Shown: positions 14,023 through 27,300 of the stretch, in pieces
Layout: every line of letters begins with the position of its first letter
Numbering within the stretch: position 1 is the stretch's first letter
DNA from: Pseudovirgaria hyperparasitica
Lineage: Eukaryota
Strand: one strand, 5' to 3'
Length of the DNA stretch: 64,000 nt
Assembly (NCBI GenBank): GCA_010093815.1
Contig: ML996570.1
Position numbers and translations under genes: made by a program
Notes under the pieces: generated by a model
The model's database searches: none
Seen by the model: only the letters and a program-made list of their open reading frames with translations
What the model was told of the DNA's origin: nothing

Positions 14023-16186
14023 ATGTGTGGGATAAGCTGTGCAGTCACTTTGAAGTCAGCTACTCGCAATGGTCGAGCTGCAGTCTACGCTCAAGATCAC
14101 CTTGCAACTGAGCGCACATACCTCAGTGACAGACTAAACGAGAGTCTGGAGAAGATCAAACATCGCGGGCCGGATGCTCGCGGCCAATGGATAAGCGATG
14201 ACTGTCGAGTAGCTCTCGGCCACAATCGACTGTCCATCATCGACCTCAGTCCTGAAGCGGAGCAGCCATTCCATGATCCCGAGGAATGCATTCATGTTGT
14301 CGTGAATGGTGAGCTATACGGCCATGACGCCATCCGCGAGGATTTGATTCGCGGCGGGCATTCCTTCAAAAGCCAGTGCGACTCGGAGATTGTCGTAGCA
14401 TTGTACAAAGAGCATGGTCTCTCGCTCTTGTCTCGACTGCGAGGCGAGTTTGCGTTTAGTCTGTATGATTCGAGGACGAAGTTGTTCATGGCAGCAAATG
14501 ACCGATATGGCATAAAGCCCCTCTATTACACGGTCCAGCACGGGCGGCTCTTGGTGGCTTCTGAGATGAAAGCTTTTCTGCCATTCGACTGGACTCCTGA
14601 ATGGGATGTGCAAGCTCTATGGGACAACGCCTGGATCTCGGACAAGAGGACGATTTTCCGGGATGTGTATCGGCTCCGTCCAGGTCACTATCTGTCGTGT
14701 ACTGGGTTCAGCGCCCTGGAACAACAGAAGTATTGGGATATCGAGTATAGAGACAAGGTGAGAGAACACTAGCTGGTATGGCTGCTTTGGTGCTCACATG
14801 ATGTAGCGCGAGTTGGAGACTCGCACTGAGCAGGAGATGATTGAGGGTGTCCGTGAACGTCTCCTTGAAGCGATACGAGTACGTCTGCGCGCCGATGTCC
14901 CAGTCGGGATATTCTTGAGCGGTGGGCTTGACTCGTCTGTCATTGCGGGCATGGTCAAGCATCTGATGGAGACAGAAGGGGCAGAGCTCGGTAGTGCGGC
15001 ATAAAGGATGAATGTATTCAGTATCAAGTTCATGGACAAGGACTTTGACGAAGAGCGTACGTTACTATAGAACAATGCTAACCCCCTACTAACAGTCTTA
15101 GCTATTGCTCAACGCACTGCAGAGTGGCTGGACGTCCAGAAATATGTCGTCGAAATCGACGAAGAAACGATTGCTGCCAACTTCGCGGACACGTTCTGGC
15201 ACGTCGAAACAGCCAGTGCCGATCTGGGCGCCATTGGAAAGTTTGCTCTCTCAAAACTACCTCAAGCACACGGTATCAAAGTGATCTTGACTGGGGAGGG
15301 CTCCGACGAGCAATTTGCTGGTTATTTCGATCTCCAGCCAGATTTCGTCCGCGAGCCTGACCTCTCCTGGCCCTCTCCTTCTAATACACTCCCAGAGTCT
15401 GTCCGCAAGACCCTGCACGATACCTTTGAAAATGATCAGACTAATACAGATGGTTCGCAAATGATATCCAACCGAGTCCATGATCCACCAGAGGCCTCTT
15501 TTGCCAAGCGCCAGATCAACAATTGCGACTATGTACGTATTGTCAGCTATAGTGGCATCCGTAATGCAGCAGCGTCCTGGGTCAAACAAGAGTGCGGTAC
15601 CAATGAACTACGTGCTGTGGCCGTACACCACGCTATCGATGGTACTGCACGCGATAAGATAATGCGCAAATGGCACCCACTGCATTCCTCGCTGTACATC
15701 TGGACCAAGATAATGCTTGCAAACATCCATCTCGTGCAGCTCGGCGATAGAATGGAAATGGCACATAGCATCGAGGGGCGTCAGCCATTTCTAGACCACC
15801 ATTTGACTGAATATGTCAACAATCTTCCGCCGTCCATGAAAATCCGCTACGACCCGGAGACCGGGGCGTTCAACGAGAAGTGGGTTCTAAAAGAGGCTGC
15901 TAAGCCGTTTATCCCAGATGAGATATATAAGCGTACGAAGCACCCTTTTACTGCCCCTATTAGGTTTAAAGTTGATGGGCCAGTGCATGAGATGATGAGG
16001 AGTCTGTTGACCCAGGACGCCGTAGAGCAGCTGGGCTTCATTGACTGGAAAATCTGTGAGGATCTCCTCCATGCGGGTTTCATAGAAGGCAATGCGATGA
16101 AGATGAGAGGCGCATTCTGCATTGGGATGCTGGTCGTCATTGGACAAAGATTCGGAGTGAGGAAAGCCGAACCAGAATTCTTTTAA
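14023..16186 (+). pseudogene. AsnB-type glutamine-hydrolysing asparagine synthetase/amidotransferase with an in-frame TAA at 15002-15004
   Basis: MCGI Ntn N-terminus, HRGPD, LGHNRLSIID, NGELY, DRYGIKPLYY, LSGGLDSS, LTGEGSDE and DRMEMAHSIEGRQPFLD. Introns at 14758-14806 and 15057-15101. Exon 2 contains GCA-TAA-AGG, and family-like sequence continues in the same frame (RMNVFSIKFMDKDFDEE). Confidence 0.8.
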
Positions 16187-16320
16187 AATTAGATGGGTTG
16201 ATTTGAAGACGGCTGTTTAGCTTCACTGCTGGTCAATGGCATGTTCTCTAGTGTTTTGATAGCTGCTTGGGATTGGTTGGGTAGTAGAAGGTTGAGTGTA
16301 GATGCCTCAATATCGTGTTG

Positions 16321-16480
16321 ACGCGTGCTTGTGTCAAATTGAAAGTCTGAAAGCTCAAAGAGGAACGTGCATGGGTGAATTGCCCACGTGGGGTCGTGAC
16401 TGTGCTATGCCCCACGTGGCCTAGTGCCTAGCGCCACTTAGCGCCCCGTTCGTGCGTTAGGTAAACACAAACAAACGCGA
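16321..16480 (+). promoter_or_regulatory. Candidate cell-cycle promoter elements upstream of the condensin gene
   Basis: ACGCGT at 16321 (MCB-like), CCCACGTGG at 16383 and 16411 (E-box), GTAAACA at 16461 (forkhead-like) and ACGCGA at 16475. Function is inferred only. Confidence 0.35.
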
Positions 16481-16585
16481 CGGCAAGCCCGACGAGAGAC
16501 TGCAGCGACATGAGAATAAGGGCCTCAGTTAAGGCTTCTTTAACATCGACAACGGCATCCTGACCTGATCGTGAGAGTTGCAGAG

Positions 16586-19119
16586 ATGCCGCGCTCGCGC
16601 CAATCGCGCCAGTCACTCTATGGGGGCTCAGGCACACCTATGAAGTAAGTGTTGTTTGCCGCACTGCAATGCGATCTGCTCACCTTCAGTCAGGATTCCT
16701 CTCAACGACGACCGACAGGAGAAAGCGAACCGTCTGAAATCACGACAGGCCCAACATGCGGACCAGATCAATCAGATCAAGGCTGCGGCCACGCCTGTTC
16801 GCAACAAGCGATTATCACTCGTAGCGGGTGGAAGCCCACACACCCCGATCGGACGAGACGACGATGACAGAACTCCTAAAGGCATGACGCCTCTTCGAAA
16901 AGTACCGATTTTGGCAGACTTCGAAGCATGGATGAAAATGGCCACAGACAACGTTCGTGGGCGCGATTGTGAGAGATCAAGAATGAGTAGGCTAACCAGG
17001 ACCAGAAAATCAATGCCGCTAACTCCTGGAGCTTTGCGCTAATCGACTATTTCCATGACATGAGATTGCTGAAGGAGGGGGATGGGGTCAATTTTCAGAA
17101 AGCAAGTTGCACACTGGACGGCTGTGTCAAAATCTATACGAATCGCGTGGATAGCGTCGCAACTGAAACCGGAAAGCTGCTCAGTGGTCTAGCGGATAGC
17201 CGGGATAAAGGCCGGAAGGGCGATGACGATGGCGAAGATGGAGAAGACGGCGAGGAAGAGGAGGGCGAAGATGGCACAAAGCGAAAGAAAAAGAAGACGC
17301 AACGATCCTCTGAAGCCACCCTCGTATCATCTTTTGCACAACTACAATTGAAGAAGATGGAGCTGGAATTTTCAGTGGATCCACTCTTCAAAAAGGTCTC
17401 TGCAGATTTCGACGAAGGCGGCGCGAAAGGTCTACTGCTCAACCATCTTGCAATCGACAAAAAAGGGCGAATCGTCTTTGACAGCAGTGACGACGCACAA
17501 GATGCAACCGCCCAAGACACCAGATCTAGTATCGTCGAGTCGAACGAAGAAACAGTAGAGGAGACTTCTGCGCAAAACGAGAATCTCGATACCGACATTA
17601 GTGCTCTAGGTGCGAAATATTTTCCGGATTTGTCGGAGCTGGACGATAAGGACGTCTGCCCTTCGCTCAAAAACGTGGACTTTGGAGACCCTAATGGTTC
17701 GTTGGATCTCCCTTTTCTCAAAGCCCCAGAAGACTGGCGGCAAGACGCACATAAGGAGGATGAAGGTGAAGGCGACCGGTCAGGAGTTTTCATTGATGGA
17801 GAGAACGCTCTTGGTTTCGACGACGACGATGATGATGGTGGGCTTGGGGGCTTTGACCTACCTGCGGATGTTGGTTTTGGCGAGGGTGGAGAAGCCTGGG
17901 CCAAAGAAGCTGCCCTCGAGAAACAAATGCGAGTTCATGCTGTAACGATGATGCACGGAGAAGACGATGGCGATGCCCAGATGGGTGGAACTGAGGAAAA
18001 TGCTCAGTATGCCATTTCAATGGCCAGAGCTGAGGACCATGAGAATGTTTTGAACTATTTCGATCAAGCTTTGCAAAAAAATTGGGCGGGACCTGAACTT
18101 TGGAAGATTAAACGAATAAAGGATATGACAAAGGCTACTACAACACCGGCGCCCAAGAGAAAAGAGAAAGAGCCGTTTGAGATCGATTTCCTCGCTCCTA
18201 TGAGCCAATCACTAGCTGATGCTCTGTACACAAAACCGTCAACTAATGCAGCTATCTCTTTACCCAAAGCACAGTGGAAGTCGAAGACTAGGAATCTGCT
18301 TCCAGATGACAAGCATTTCAACTCGCGGCAACTGCTACAGCTGTTTCTCAAACCCAAAGCTCGCATGGGACCACGCAGAACTGGCTACGGCGGGCACACT
18401 TCTGGCCCAAGTAACGACGTGGTCCCGGAAGGCGAAGTTGGCGAAGAGTACTGGGCTCGCAATGAAGATGCGATCCCATCAACAGAGGGTGAGAATCCTC
18501 AAGGTGATTATGACGCAAACTTCTTTCAAGATGATGGCCTTGGCTTGCCCGGTGCAGGCATTGACGAGGATGACGATGAGTTCGTTGATGCCCCGGAAAC
18601 TTTTGCGCCTCCAATCGAGGGTGGAGATGTTGCAATACCTTTAGATGCGGCATTTCCTGGGTCACAAAGCGGAGCATTCGGAGAAAATCTTATTGCACAG
18701 AGCAGACGGTCCCGACCTGAATATGTGCAATACGCCCGAGTAGCCAAAAAGGTAGACGTACGGAGGTTGAAGGAGAACCTTTGGAGAGGGATTGGCTATG
18801 AAGAGGTAAGCCAGCTTCTGATCACTGGATGACCATTGCTAATATCCTCCAGGTCACTGTCCCACCGACTCCTTCGAAGCAAATCGCTAAACCTATCCAC
18901 AAGTCCGAGGATGGCTCTTTCAAATTCACGGAACTTATCAACAACTTGCAAGACGTCTATCCTAAGCAGCAGATGGACGACATCTCCACATCATTCTGTT
19001 TCATATGCGTGCTTCATTTGGCTAATGAAAAAGGGCTTGAAATCACAAATGAGACCAACTTCACGGACTTGACCATACGGCGGGATCCGTCAATGGAACT
19101 AACGGTGGGCGACGACTGA
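16586..19119 (+). CDS. BRN1: Condensin kleisin subunit Brn1/Cnd2 (CAP-H/barren); 4 exons
   Basis: FEAWMKMATDN|KINAANSWSFALIDYFHDM, NFQKASCTLDGCVKIYTNRVDSV, DPLFKKVSADFDEGGAKGLL, WAGPELWK, LLPDDKHF, AKKVDVRRLK and ISTSFCFICVLHLANEKGL. Introns at 16645-16693, 16953-17005 and ~18806-18852. Confidence 0.95.
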
Positions 19120-20416
19120 TGTTTTGGATCTAAAATGCGTCATGTATTATGCATAGGAGGCGTTGGGTAATGACGGTGGCCGGAGCATACGAGCACAATC
19201 ACGATTGGCGTTGCTTACTATTCTTGTTCATACGCAAGCGATTGTCAGCTTCAATGACATGTTGAAGTCGTGATTTGCTTCCAATCGCTTTGTGAGCGAC
19301 TGAGACAGTCGTCAGCGAAAACAGACTTCATGAGGCTGTAGTGTGCGGCTTACGCTCAGTGGTGGACTCACGGACGATACACTTCCGCCTCTCATACTAT
19401 CGTTCTACGAGTGAACCCGAGAGTCTGACCTTGATCCATTCATTCACTAGTGTTCCTTTATCACGAAGCTCATATACGATGGTCTGATGTGCTGACCTTT
19501 CTTACGCAGGGGCGATTTTCATCCCTGTCAGATCCCATGTCATAACAGCCAAACATCCGATGGATCCCGCTACAAGGGTCAAGTAATGTGCTCAGGCTAT
19601 TCTGAGCCAAGACTTTTCATCAGTTCGACACTGGTATCTTTGGCCTATATCGGTCCTTCAACAAATTTGATCTCCCAGTTGATGCTACACTTGTTTTGAG
19701 ATTGAAACTATTGTGCTCTAGGTGCCAGCTTAAGAGGAGAATGACATTCCGCTATGTCTCGCACGTTTAAGGAGATAGTTGATGCCAGGGTCAATGTGCA
19801 CGGATCCAATCGAATTGGCAGAACCGGCCGAAGAAAGCACCATAGAACGCCTTCGCTTACACCTTGCCTAGCTCTCGGAACCGCATGCTTGGTAAAGATT
19901 CCAGGGGTACGTAGTGAGGTCGGCCAGCTGCACGAAATTTGACAGCCCTCGCATCTGCACAGCATATCTCGACCATTCATATTCTACAGGGATAGATAAA
20001 ACGCTGGTGCATTTGGATAACTGATTTAGACCACCCATAACTGCGAGACGAACGCTGTGCCGCGCATCCCCCATAGGGACGTTGACACAGAGCCACCCAG
20101 ATGCTGCATCAGCGAAGATTAGATACCATTGAGAACGCAACTTCCCTGCCCTCCAAGACCGCCTCAGAGACAAAGTGGCTGCATATCACCGCCCCGTCAG
20201 CTTCTCTGATCCTATGCCAATACAACGGATTGCTGACACCAATAGGTCATCATTTGAGGAAGGTAGGCCTCACTGAACTTCTACAGTTGGTGGAAAATAA
20301 TCATCAGGGGATTGCAAACTGCCGTATATAACATCAACTCAGTCCTAAGAGAAGAGCCTCACCATCACAGCTTCTATCCGCTAGCATTCCACTGAGCCGT
20401 AGCATCCAGATCAGTC

Positions 20417-20935
20417 ATGTATCTCGCAACACTCGCCACCGTTACCTTCAGTGCGATCGCACTCGCCCTTCCCTCCACCCCGGTGCTCACGCAACGAGCA
20501 TGCAAATCCTACGAAACAATCTCGGACCCAGGCTTCTACGCCGCGGCCTCCATCTCCTCCGCAGACTTCCCGGACGACCCAGACTACTTCGAGAATCAGA
20601 TCCTCGAGTGGCAGCCCAACCCCAGCGCCGGCAAGAAGTGTACACTCTTCGGCAACTTTGAGCGCGGTTTCGCCATCCGAGCTACAGGCGACATCAAATT
20701 GGACGTGTATAGGCGGAGTAGCAGTACCTCGAAGTCGTATATTGGCTCGTTGGCTGCGCTGCCTGTGGGTCCCGATGGCACGTTGGAGGACATCGTAAGC
20801 TCGCCAATTGCGAGCTTTCCTTGTGCGTCGGATATCGTGCTGGAGTTTCAGCTTGCGATTAGTGAGCCCGGGACATATGCGAACATTGCGTTTTCGAACG
20901 ATGCGGAGAATGGGTTTTTTATTTTGGCTTGTTAG
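20417..20935 (+). CDS. Small secreted protein, 172 aa, 4 Cys, But2-like C-terminal domain (tentative)
   Basis: Single-exon ORF with a hydrophobic signal peptide (MYLATLATVTFSAIALA). The pattern CTL.....GF.I...G...LDVY...IASFPC.....FQLA...I.F......GF....C recalls fungal But2-like secreted proteins. Confidence 0.75.
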   Translation: MYLATLATVTFSAIALALPSTPVLTQRACKSYETISDPGFYAAASISSADFPDDPDYFENQILEWQPNPSAGKKCTLFGNFERGFAIRATGDIKLDVYRRSSSTSKSYIGSLAALPVGPDGTLEDIVSSPIASFPCASDIVLEFQLAISEPGTYANIAFSNDAENGFFILAC

Positions 20936-21301
20936 CTAGGTTAGGGGCTTGGGTATGGGATTCAGGGTTTTGGGATGGTATAGACGTCTGTGTTCAGCAG
21001 TAGCGAATGATTATAGACTCGTGATGGTACGCGCCCTGATTGTTATGAAGCATTTGTAAGGATATAATATGTCAATACGGAGTAAATTATATCTAGATGG
21101 AATATAGAACAATAAGGTATAATCTTGACTAGGGCCTTCACATGCGCTGAGTAGTAGCTTCCGAGGAGGAGGATTGCTCCGGAAGCCGCCAGGCATCAAC
21201 TAAGGCACCCATCACTGACTAGAAGACAACAATGTTTCGTCACTCCCATTTAGTTCCAAGGATCCAGGATCTACGTTCGACAGTCCGCGACAGCATACGC
21301 A

Positions 21302-24300
21302 ATGCAAAGGTATGAGAACATATCTCAAGTGAGACCCTTACATGCCCGCTAATGTGTGCTCCCCAACGACAGAAGCGTCAGGCGCAATGCGCTTGAGAAG
21401 CTGGCGGCATTATCCACGAAACCGTCACCCCGAGGTTATGTCGACCTCACGAATCTCTGCAAACGATGCCCTTCCGCGGATACGAAAGTCAATGGAAATG
21501 CAAATGCAAATGGCAATCTGAACGGCTCTGTGGGAACGGCCAGGGTTCCGATGGTGAGCTTCCTGTATGGGCATTCATGCCTAACAATGAATGCTAATAT
21601 GACCATGGCAGAAAACCGCGGAGCTCGAAGTTATAATTGCCTTATGTAAAGCCGCACCGCTTGTGAAGTCTCTGGACTCAGCCGAGCAGCTGGCTCATCA
21701 GCTTGGGCCATACTTGTCAGAATCATCCTCCCAAACCATCCCAAGCTCGCCAGCTCTGCGCGACATTGAACCCTCACCGTGGGAGTCGCTCACCCTCCAC
21801 CTCACAAGCGCGCTACTTTCGCTGGGAATAAATCATGAAAGCCTCAGACCGCGGATGGAGGAATGTGTGCGCCTTTATGTTGGTCAATGGGCTCAGACTG
21901 CTAGTTCTCTCTCTGGCGGGCCACTCGATCGAGATGTTGCTTCCGAAGATGCCTCAAGTACGGAGCTGGAAACTATAATGACACTAAACCTATCTATCTT
22001 AGGGTTCCTTGACGCGGCGGCCAAGTATACAAGGTTTTGGTCTGCGCAGGAACGATTACAGCTTGTTTCTGACATCAGAAAAGCCCTTACAGAGAAATTC
22101 ATGGTTGCAACTGAAGCAGCGCAGTCAGTTGTGCGGACTTCTCGATCCCAACAAAAGCATCTGCGAGAATGGAAGAGGATTTCGAAGCACTATATCGCCA
22201 ATGGCCGCCCGCTCGGGTCTATGCTCCTGCATCAAGGCTTTATGAACTTGGTTGTTTCTTCGTCAGCATTGGTCGTCTGCCCAACAGATCCGGAATTCTC
22301 AGTCCCGGTGCTTGACTATCTGCAGCAGTATCCTCAAGGTCATCCGAGTGAGCTAGATCCTGCCGAGAATGCGCTTCTTGAAGACCTTGCCAGTATTGCC
22401 ATCGAAGAGATGGAGTTTGTGAACAGCGCTTCGGATTATCTACAGCAGGTCGGCTCTCCTTACCAACGGCAGATCGCATCCAAAGTAAAGGCAGACATTT
22501 TCAAGACTTTCGTTTGCTGCATGGTATACAATGAAGAAATTTCAGACCCAGATACGCTCCTTGCCTGGCTAGAGGCTACACTTTCTGATCCAGTTCAGCT
22601 TGTTGATCATTCTTTGGCAGCAACGGCACTGAAATGCTTACCCATCATCGCCCAGGCATCTCCAGCGACTGCGGCCAATCTAAGTCGAATTCTGCCTCGC
22701 TTGATTGTGCAAGGTGGGCTAGACCTGCCTACCGCATACGTTGCCGCCGATAGCCTAAGTAGAATTCTCAAAAGACTTCCCGAGGATGCAGTCATAACAA
22801 CTTTGTACAGCCTTGGGAATGTCCTCAGTGGAACGTCTTTGCCAGATCGCAATGGTGCTGTTTCGCCACCGCAGAGCAGTCAACTTAAAGTGACCAATAC
22901 AGGCGATAACACCGGCAGCACAATCTCTCTGTTAGCACAGGATACTGAGGAGCCATCGCTCGTTTATGCTATCGTCATTCAAACTGTCATTGGAATCGCC
23001 AAGAGCAGCAATGACGAGAAAATCATCGCTTTGGCTCTATCTATGCTTGTGCAAAAGATAGGCAAGGTGACACCTGCAGTAGATGCTCGAATTCTGAGCG
23101 AAAGCTCCGTGCTCGGAGCCTATACCGGCGCCAACGAACTCAAGAGCATCTTGAAGCTGTACTCGAAGATCGCCCATGACGCTCTCATCAACAATGATGA
23201 TGTTATTTTACACGCTGTAAGAACATGCACGATCTTCAGGAATACTTTACCACTAACAACAACTCCAGGTCATGAGTGCCCGCATTAAATTGGCTCGTGA
23301 GATCACAATCAAGTCTCCATTGTTCGAAATCCTCATTCGAAGCTTCCTTGATTCGATAATCAGTCAGGGTGACGCCCCTGGAAAGGATACAAAGCACCAT
23401 GGCAACACAGAATTCGCGGCTCAAGAGATCGCTCAGCTCCTGGAGCCGCTCGCGACCCTGGTTGCTGTCAACGCGGACGGACAGGATCACGAGCTCGATG
23501 AAGAGATTCTCACATTGCAGCGTGACGCATGGTTCAACGTGGCAGTCCATGGTTTCCATCCAACAAGCAATCTTGTCAAAAAATACGAGAAGGAACTTCG
23601 AACCTTGGCACAGTACAGTAAGCCACTCATTTCAGAAGAGCGAGCAGACCAACTCGAAAGTGACATCGAGTTGAATACAATTCTACGTCGGGGCAAGAGC
23701 TCAGAGCATACCGATGAGCAGAAGAAAAGCCTCATCAGGCTGCTACCGCAGCAAGAGAGTGCCATAAGATCGCTCAGTTACTCCGAGGTTGTTTTCGTCA
23801 ATGCCGTCTATCTGTTGGAAGATCTTCGTGCTAGCTGTGGTAATTGCACAGCCATACTAACTTACTTTTTGGACCCGAAGCTCCGAAAGGATCAAATTGG
23901 TGAATGTATGGTCGCCTTATCGAAGAGAGTGGTCAACACATACCTTTCACAGACGTTGAAGGGAGAATTCCACGCATTCTCAACGCCATACCTGGCCTAT
24001 CAACTTGCTCAGCTCTTTGCTGGGTGCTGCCATCGTATCGCCAAAGTTCGATCAGTGGCTACTGCATGTGCAGATATCATCATCAATGCTGTACCATCCA
24101 CGCTTTGTCAGAAAAGTGCTCTGTTCGCACTTTTAGAAATACTGTCCATGATGTGGAGTTCGTGTCTCGAGGCCGACACAGACGAATACGAGTGGAGGTC
24201 GACTTTCTCCTCACCCTATGGCGATGTGAAAGTCGAACTCGGTGATGATTACTCGACCCGGAATAGCACACTCGCTGAGTTCCGAAAGCACGCAAGGACT

Positions 24301-27300
24301 TGGGTTTTGAAAGTGATTGACATAGCGCCTCTCGATATCAAAGGACTGCTTCAGGTAAAAACACTCAAATCATGTATTATGGCTTCGACTGACCAAGTAG
24401 ACGTATCTTTCCGAATATGATGACGATGGTGCCTATGGACACGTCTCTCTAGGACGCTCATTCGCTTTAGAGATGGGTTCTGTTGTTCCCACTACTGATC
24501 AGCGACTGGGTAAGGACAAGCCTCCCTGGAATATTTTTATGCATTATCCTTATTACAGATTAGGTGCTATTGAATCTCACGACCTTGACATTAATCAAGC
24601 TTCGGACTTCGTTGCCCAGTACACTACGAGGCAGGAGTACCGGTTTGTAGATGGTTTGGTCGATCAGTACGAAGAAGAGTGGCTGAGGGAAGACAAGAAA
24701 GGTAAGCGCGCCAACCTGCATACGGGACCGAACCATGGCTGACCGATCCAAAGGCTTCCATCGTATCGATAAGCGTCCTACAGTGGATCGCAGTATCGAT
24801 GATGCTACAAAACTCCTCATTGATCTCGAGGTGCGGACTACTAAGAATCGGCATGTTCCCATTGCGGAGCTACGTGATATCCTGCGTAGAGCAGCAGCCC
24901 TACTGTGTCGAGTACAAACAGACCAATGTGCGATTGTACAGCATCTTGTTGGTATTCCTTTCGCTGTATTCACGAAGCAGTCGATCAAGCTTGGAATCTC
25001 TCTGTGGACAAGTGTCATCAAAGAGAATCCCAGAATGGAGTCACGTATGCTCGCGACCATTGCAGAAAACTGGGAAAGCACGATTCGAAAGAAACGTGGC
25101 ATCTTCAACGATAAGTTTACGTAGGTCGTACGATCACCACCGTCAAGATGTTTGCTAACTTGGGTGTAGACAACCAGACCCTTTCTTCGTGAAGCATGAC
25201 TTCGCGCCAACTGATAAGCCTGCCCTCTTGCGTCGGCAGCAACAGGCTACCAATCTTATTGCGCCACACTTCCGGCTTATTCAATTCCTTTCAAGCCACT
25301 TCGCTGCAAGTAGGCTATGCAGTCCGTATATCGAGAGAATATATACACGCTTGATACGCGTCAGTGTAGACGCTGTTGGACATGGACAGACATCAAGCCA
25401 TCCCTTAGCGCGAGAAGTGCATCTGCATATTGTCCTGCTTGCTCTAAGGATTCTGCAGTACAACACTAGTGTGCATGATAAGCAGAGATGGAGACTGAAG
25501 GATAAGATTCTGGGCGCTGCTCTGGCTTGGTTTGCAAGTCCTTTGAAGTTGGTATCATCATTTGAAGCATCTACCGTAGTTGCTAACACATCCACAGATG
25601 GTCCTACGGCGGTAATCGCTTGCAGATGAAAGCCGAAACCCACATACTGGGAGATATCCAAGCAGAGCTGAAGAAGAGTCCTGCAGATGTAGGCTTCAAA
25701 GTCACGACCTCCACTAGATCATTGGAAGATAAACAGAGCCTCCTACTTCAGCTACTCTCGGCCGAGCAGACAAGACTAATGGTGTGGCTGTTTCCGCTGA
25801 ATTACAAGGAAAGACATCATTTCACGGACGGTAATCACCACAAGTTACCTATAGAGGTTTGTTGAGGTCGCTTGCCTATGAGATTTCGAGGTTGCTGACG
25901 ACATCAGGGTGATCTTTCGAAAATGGTGAAGGTTGCGTGGGCAGAAAATCCGGCGCTTGCCGTTCACCTTGCATCGCGATTCCAAGTTCCAGGTATACAT
26001 CAACAAGTCAGGTGGCAGATTCTCAATTTCCCAGAGAAAGTACTCGAGGAGCCCGAAGCACTTGAAATACTGCTAGGCTCCTCACTGCCTAACGACGTGA
26101 TTTTCCAATTGAAGGTAAGATCTATAGTAATCGTATACCATCTGTGCTTATGGTTGACTTTCATAGTACCTGTTGTATTGGAAGCCCATAAATCCAATAA
26201 CAGCAGTCACATACTTCATGCCGGCTTACGGCAACCATGCCTTTATAATTCAGTATGCCATGAGGACGCTGGAAAGCCATCCGGTCGACGTCACATTCTT
26301 CTATGTGCCACAAATTGTGCAAACGCTTCGATACGATGCACTAGGCTATGTCGAAAGATACATTGTCGAAGCTGGTCAATTCTCTCAGCTCTTCGCGCAT
26401 CAGATCATCTGGAACATGAAGGCCAACTCGTTCAAAGACGAAGATTCTGAGATCCCAGACCCTGTCAAACCCACTTTAGACAAAGTCATGGATCGACTCG
26501 TGTCCAGCTTCACCAAAGAGGATCGAGGATTTTACGAGCGCGAGTTCGCCTTCTTCAGCGAGGTCACGAGCATCTCCGGCAAGCTTCGACCGTATATCAA
26601 GAGGTCCAAGCCTGAGAAGAAAGAAAAAATCGAAGAAGAGCTCCGCAAAATTCAAGTCGATGTCGGCGTGTATCTGCCGTGCAACCCAGAGGGTGTTGTG
26701 ATTGGTATTGATCGAAAGTCTGGTAAGCCTCTGCAGTCTCACGCCAAGGCACCTTACATGGCTACATTTCGTATGCGCAAGGATATCGTCAAAGATAACG
26801 ATGACGATGATGTGACGGGCCAAGACTCGGGAAGCCAATCTGTGGAAATGTGGAAGTCAGCCATCTTCAAGGTTGGAGACGATTGCCGACAGGATCTGCT
26901 CGCGTTGCAAATGATCTCCGCATTCAGGAGTATTTTTAACAGTGTTGGTCTCGATGCATGGGTATATCCATATCGTGTCACGGCCACAGCACCAGGCTGC
27001 GGTGTCATTGATGTGCTTCCCAATTCCATCTCTCGTGACATGCTTGGTCGCGAAGCTGTCAACGGATTGCATGACTACTTTTTGGCCAAGTATGGAGGCG
27101 AAGAGTCACCGCGCTACCAAGAAGCGCGGAACAACTTTGTCAAGAGCCACGCCGCCTACAGTGTCATTTCGTATCTGCTGCAGTTCAAGGATCGGCACAA
27201 CGGTAACTTAATGATCATGGACGCAGGCCAAATCGCACACATCGACTTCGGGTTCTGCTTCGATATTGCACCGGGTGGTATCAAGTTTGAACGAGCTCCG

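Noticed and set aside
19700..20335. Short ORFs between BRN1 and the secreted protein
   Set aside because: No motifs, codon bias or consistent splice pattern.
20938..20975. Degenerate TTAGGG-like run
   Set aside because: A single exact copy within the G/T-rich arm of a skew switch.
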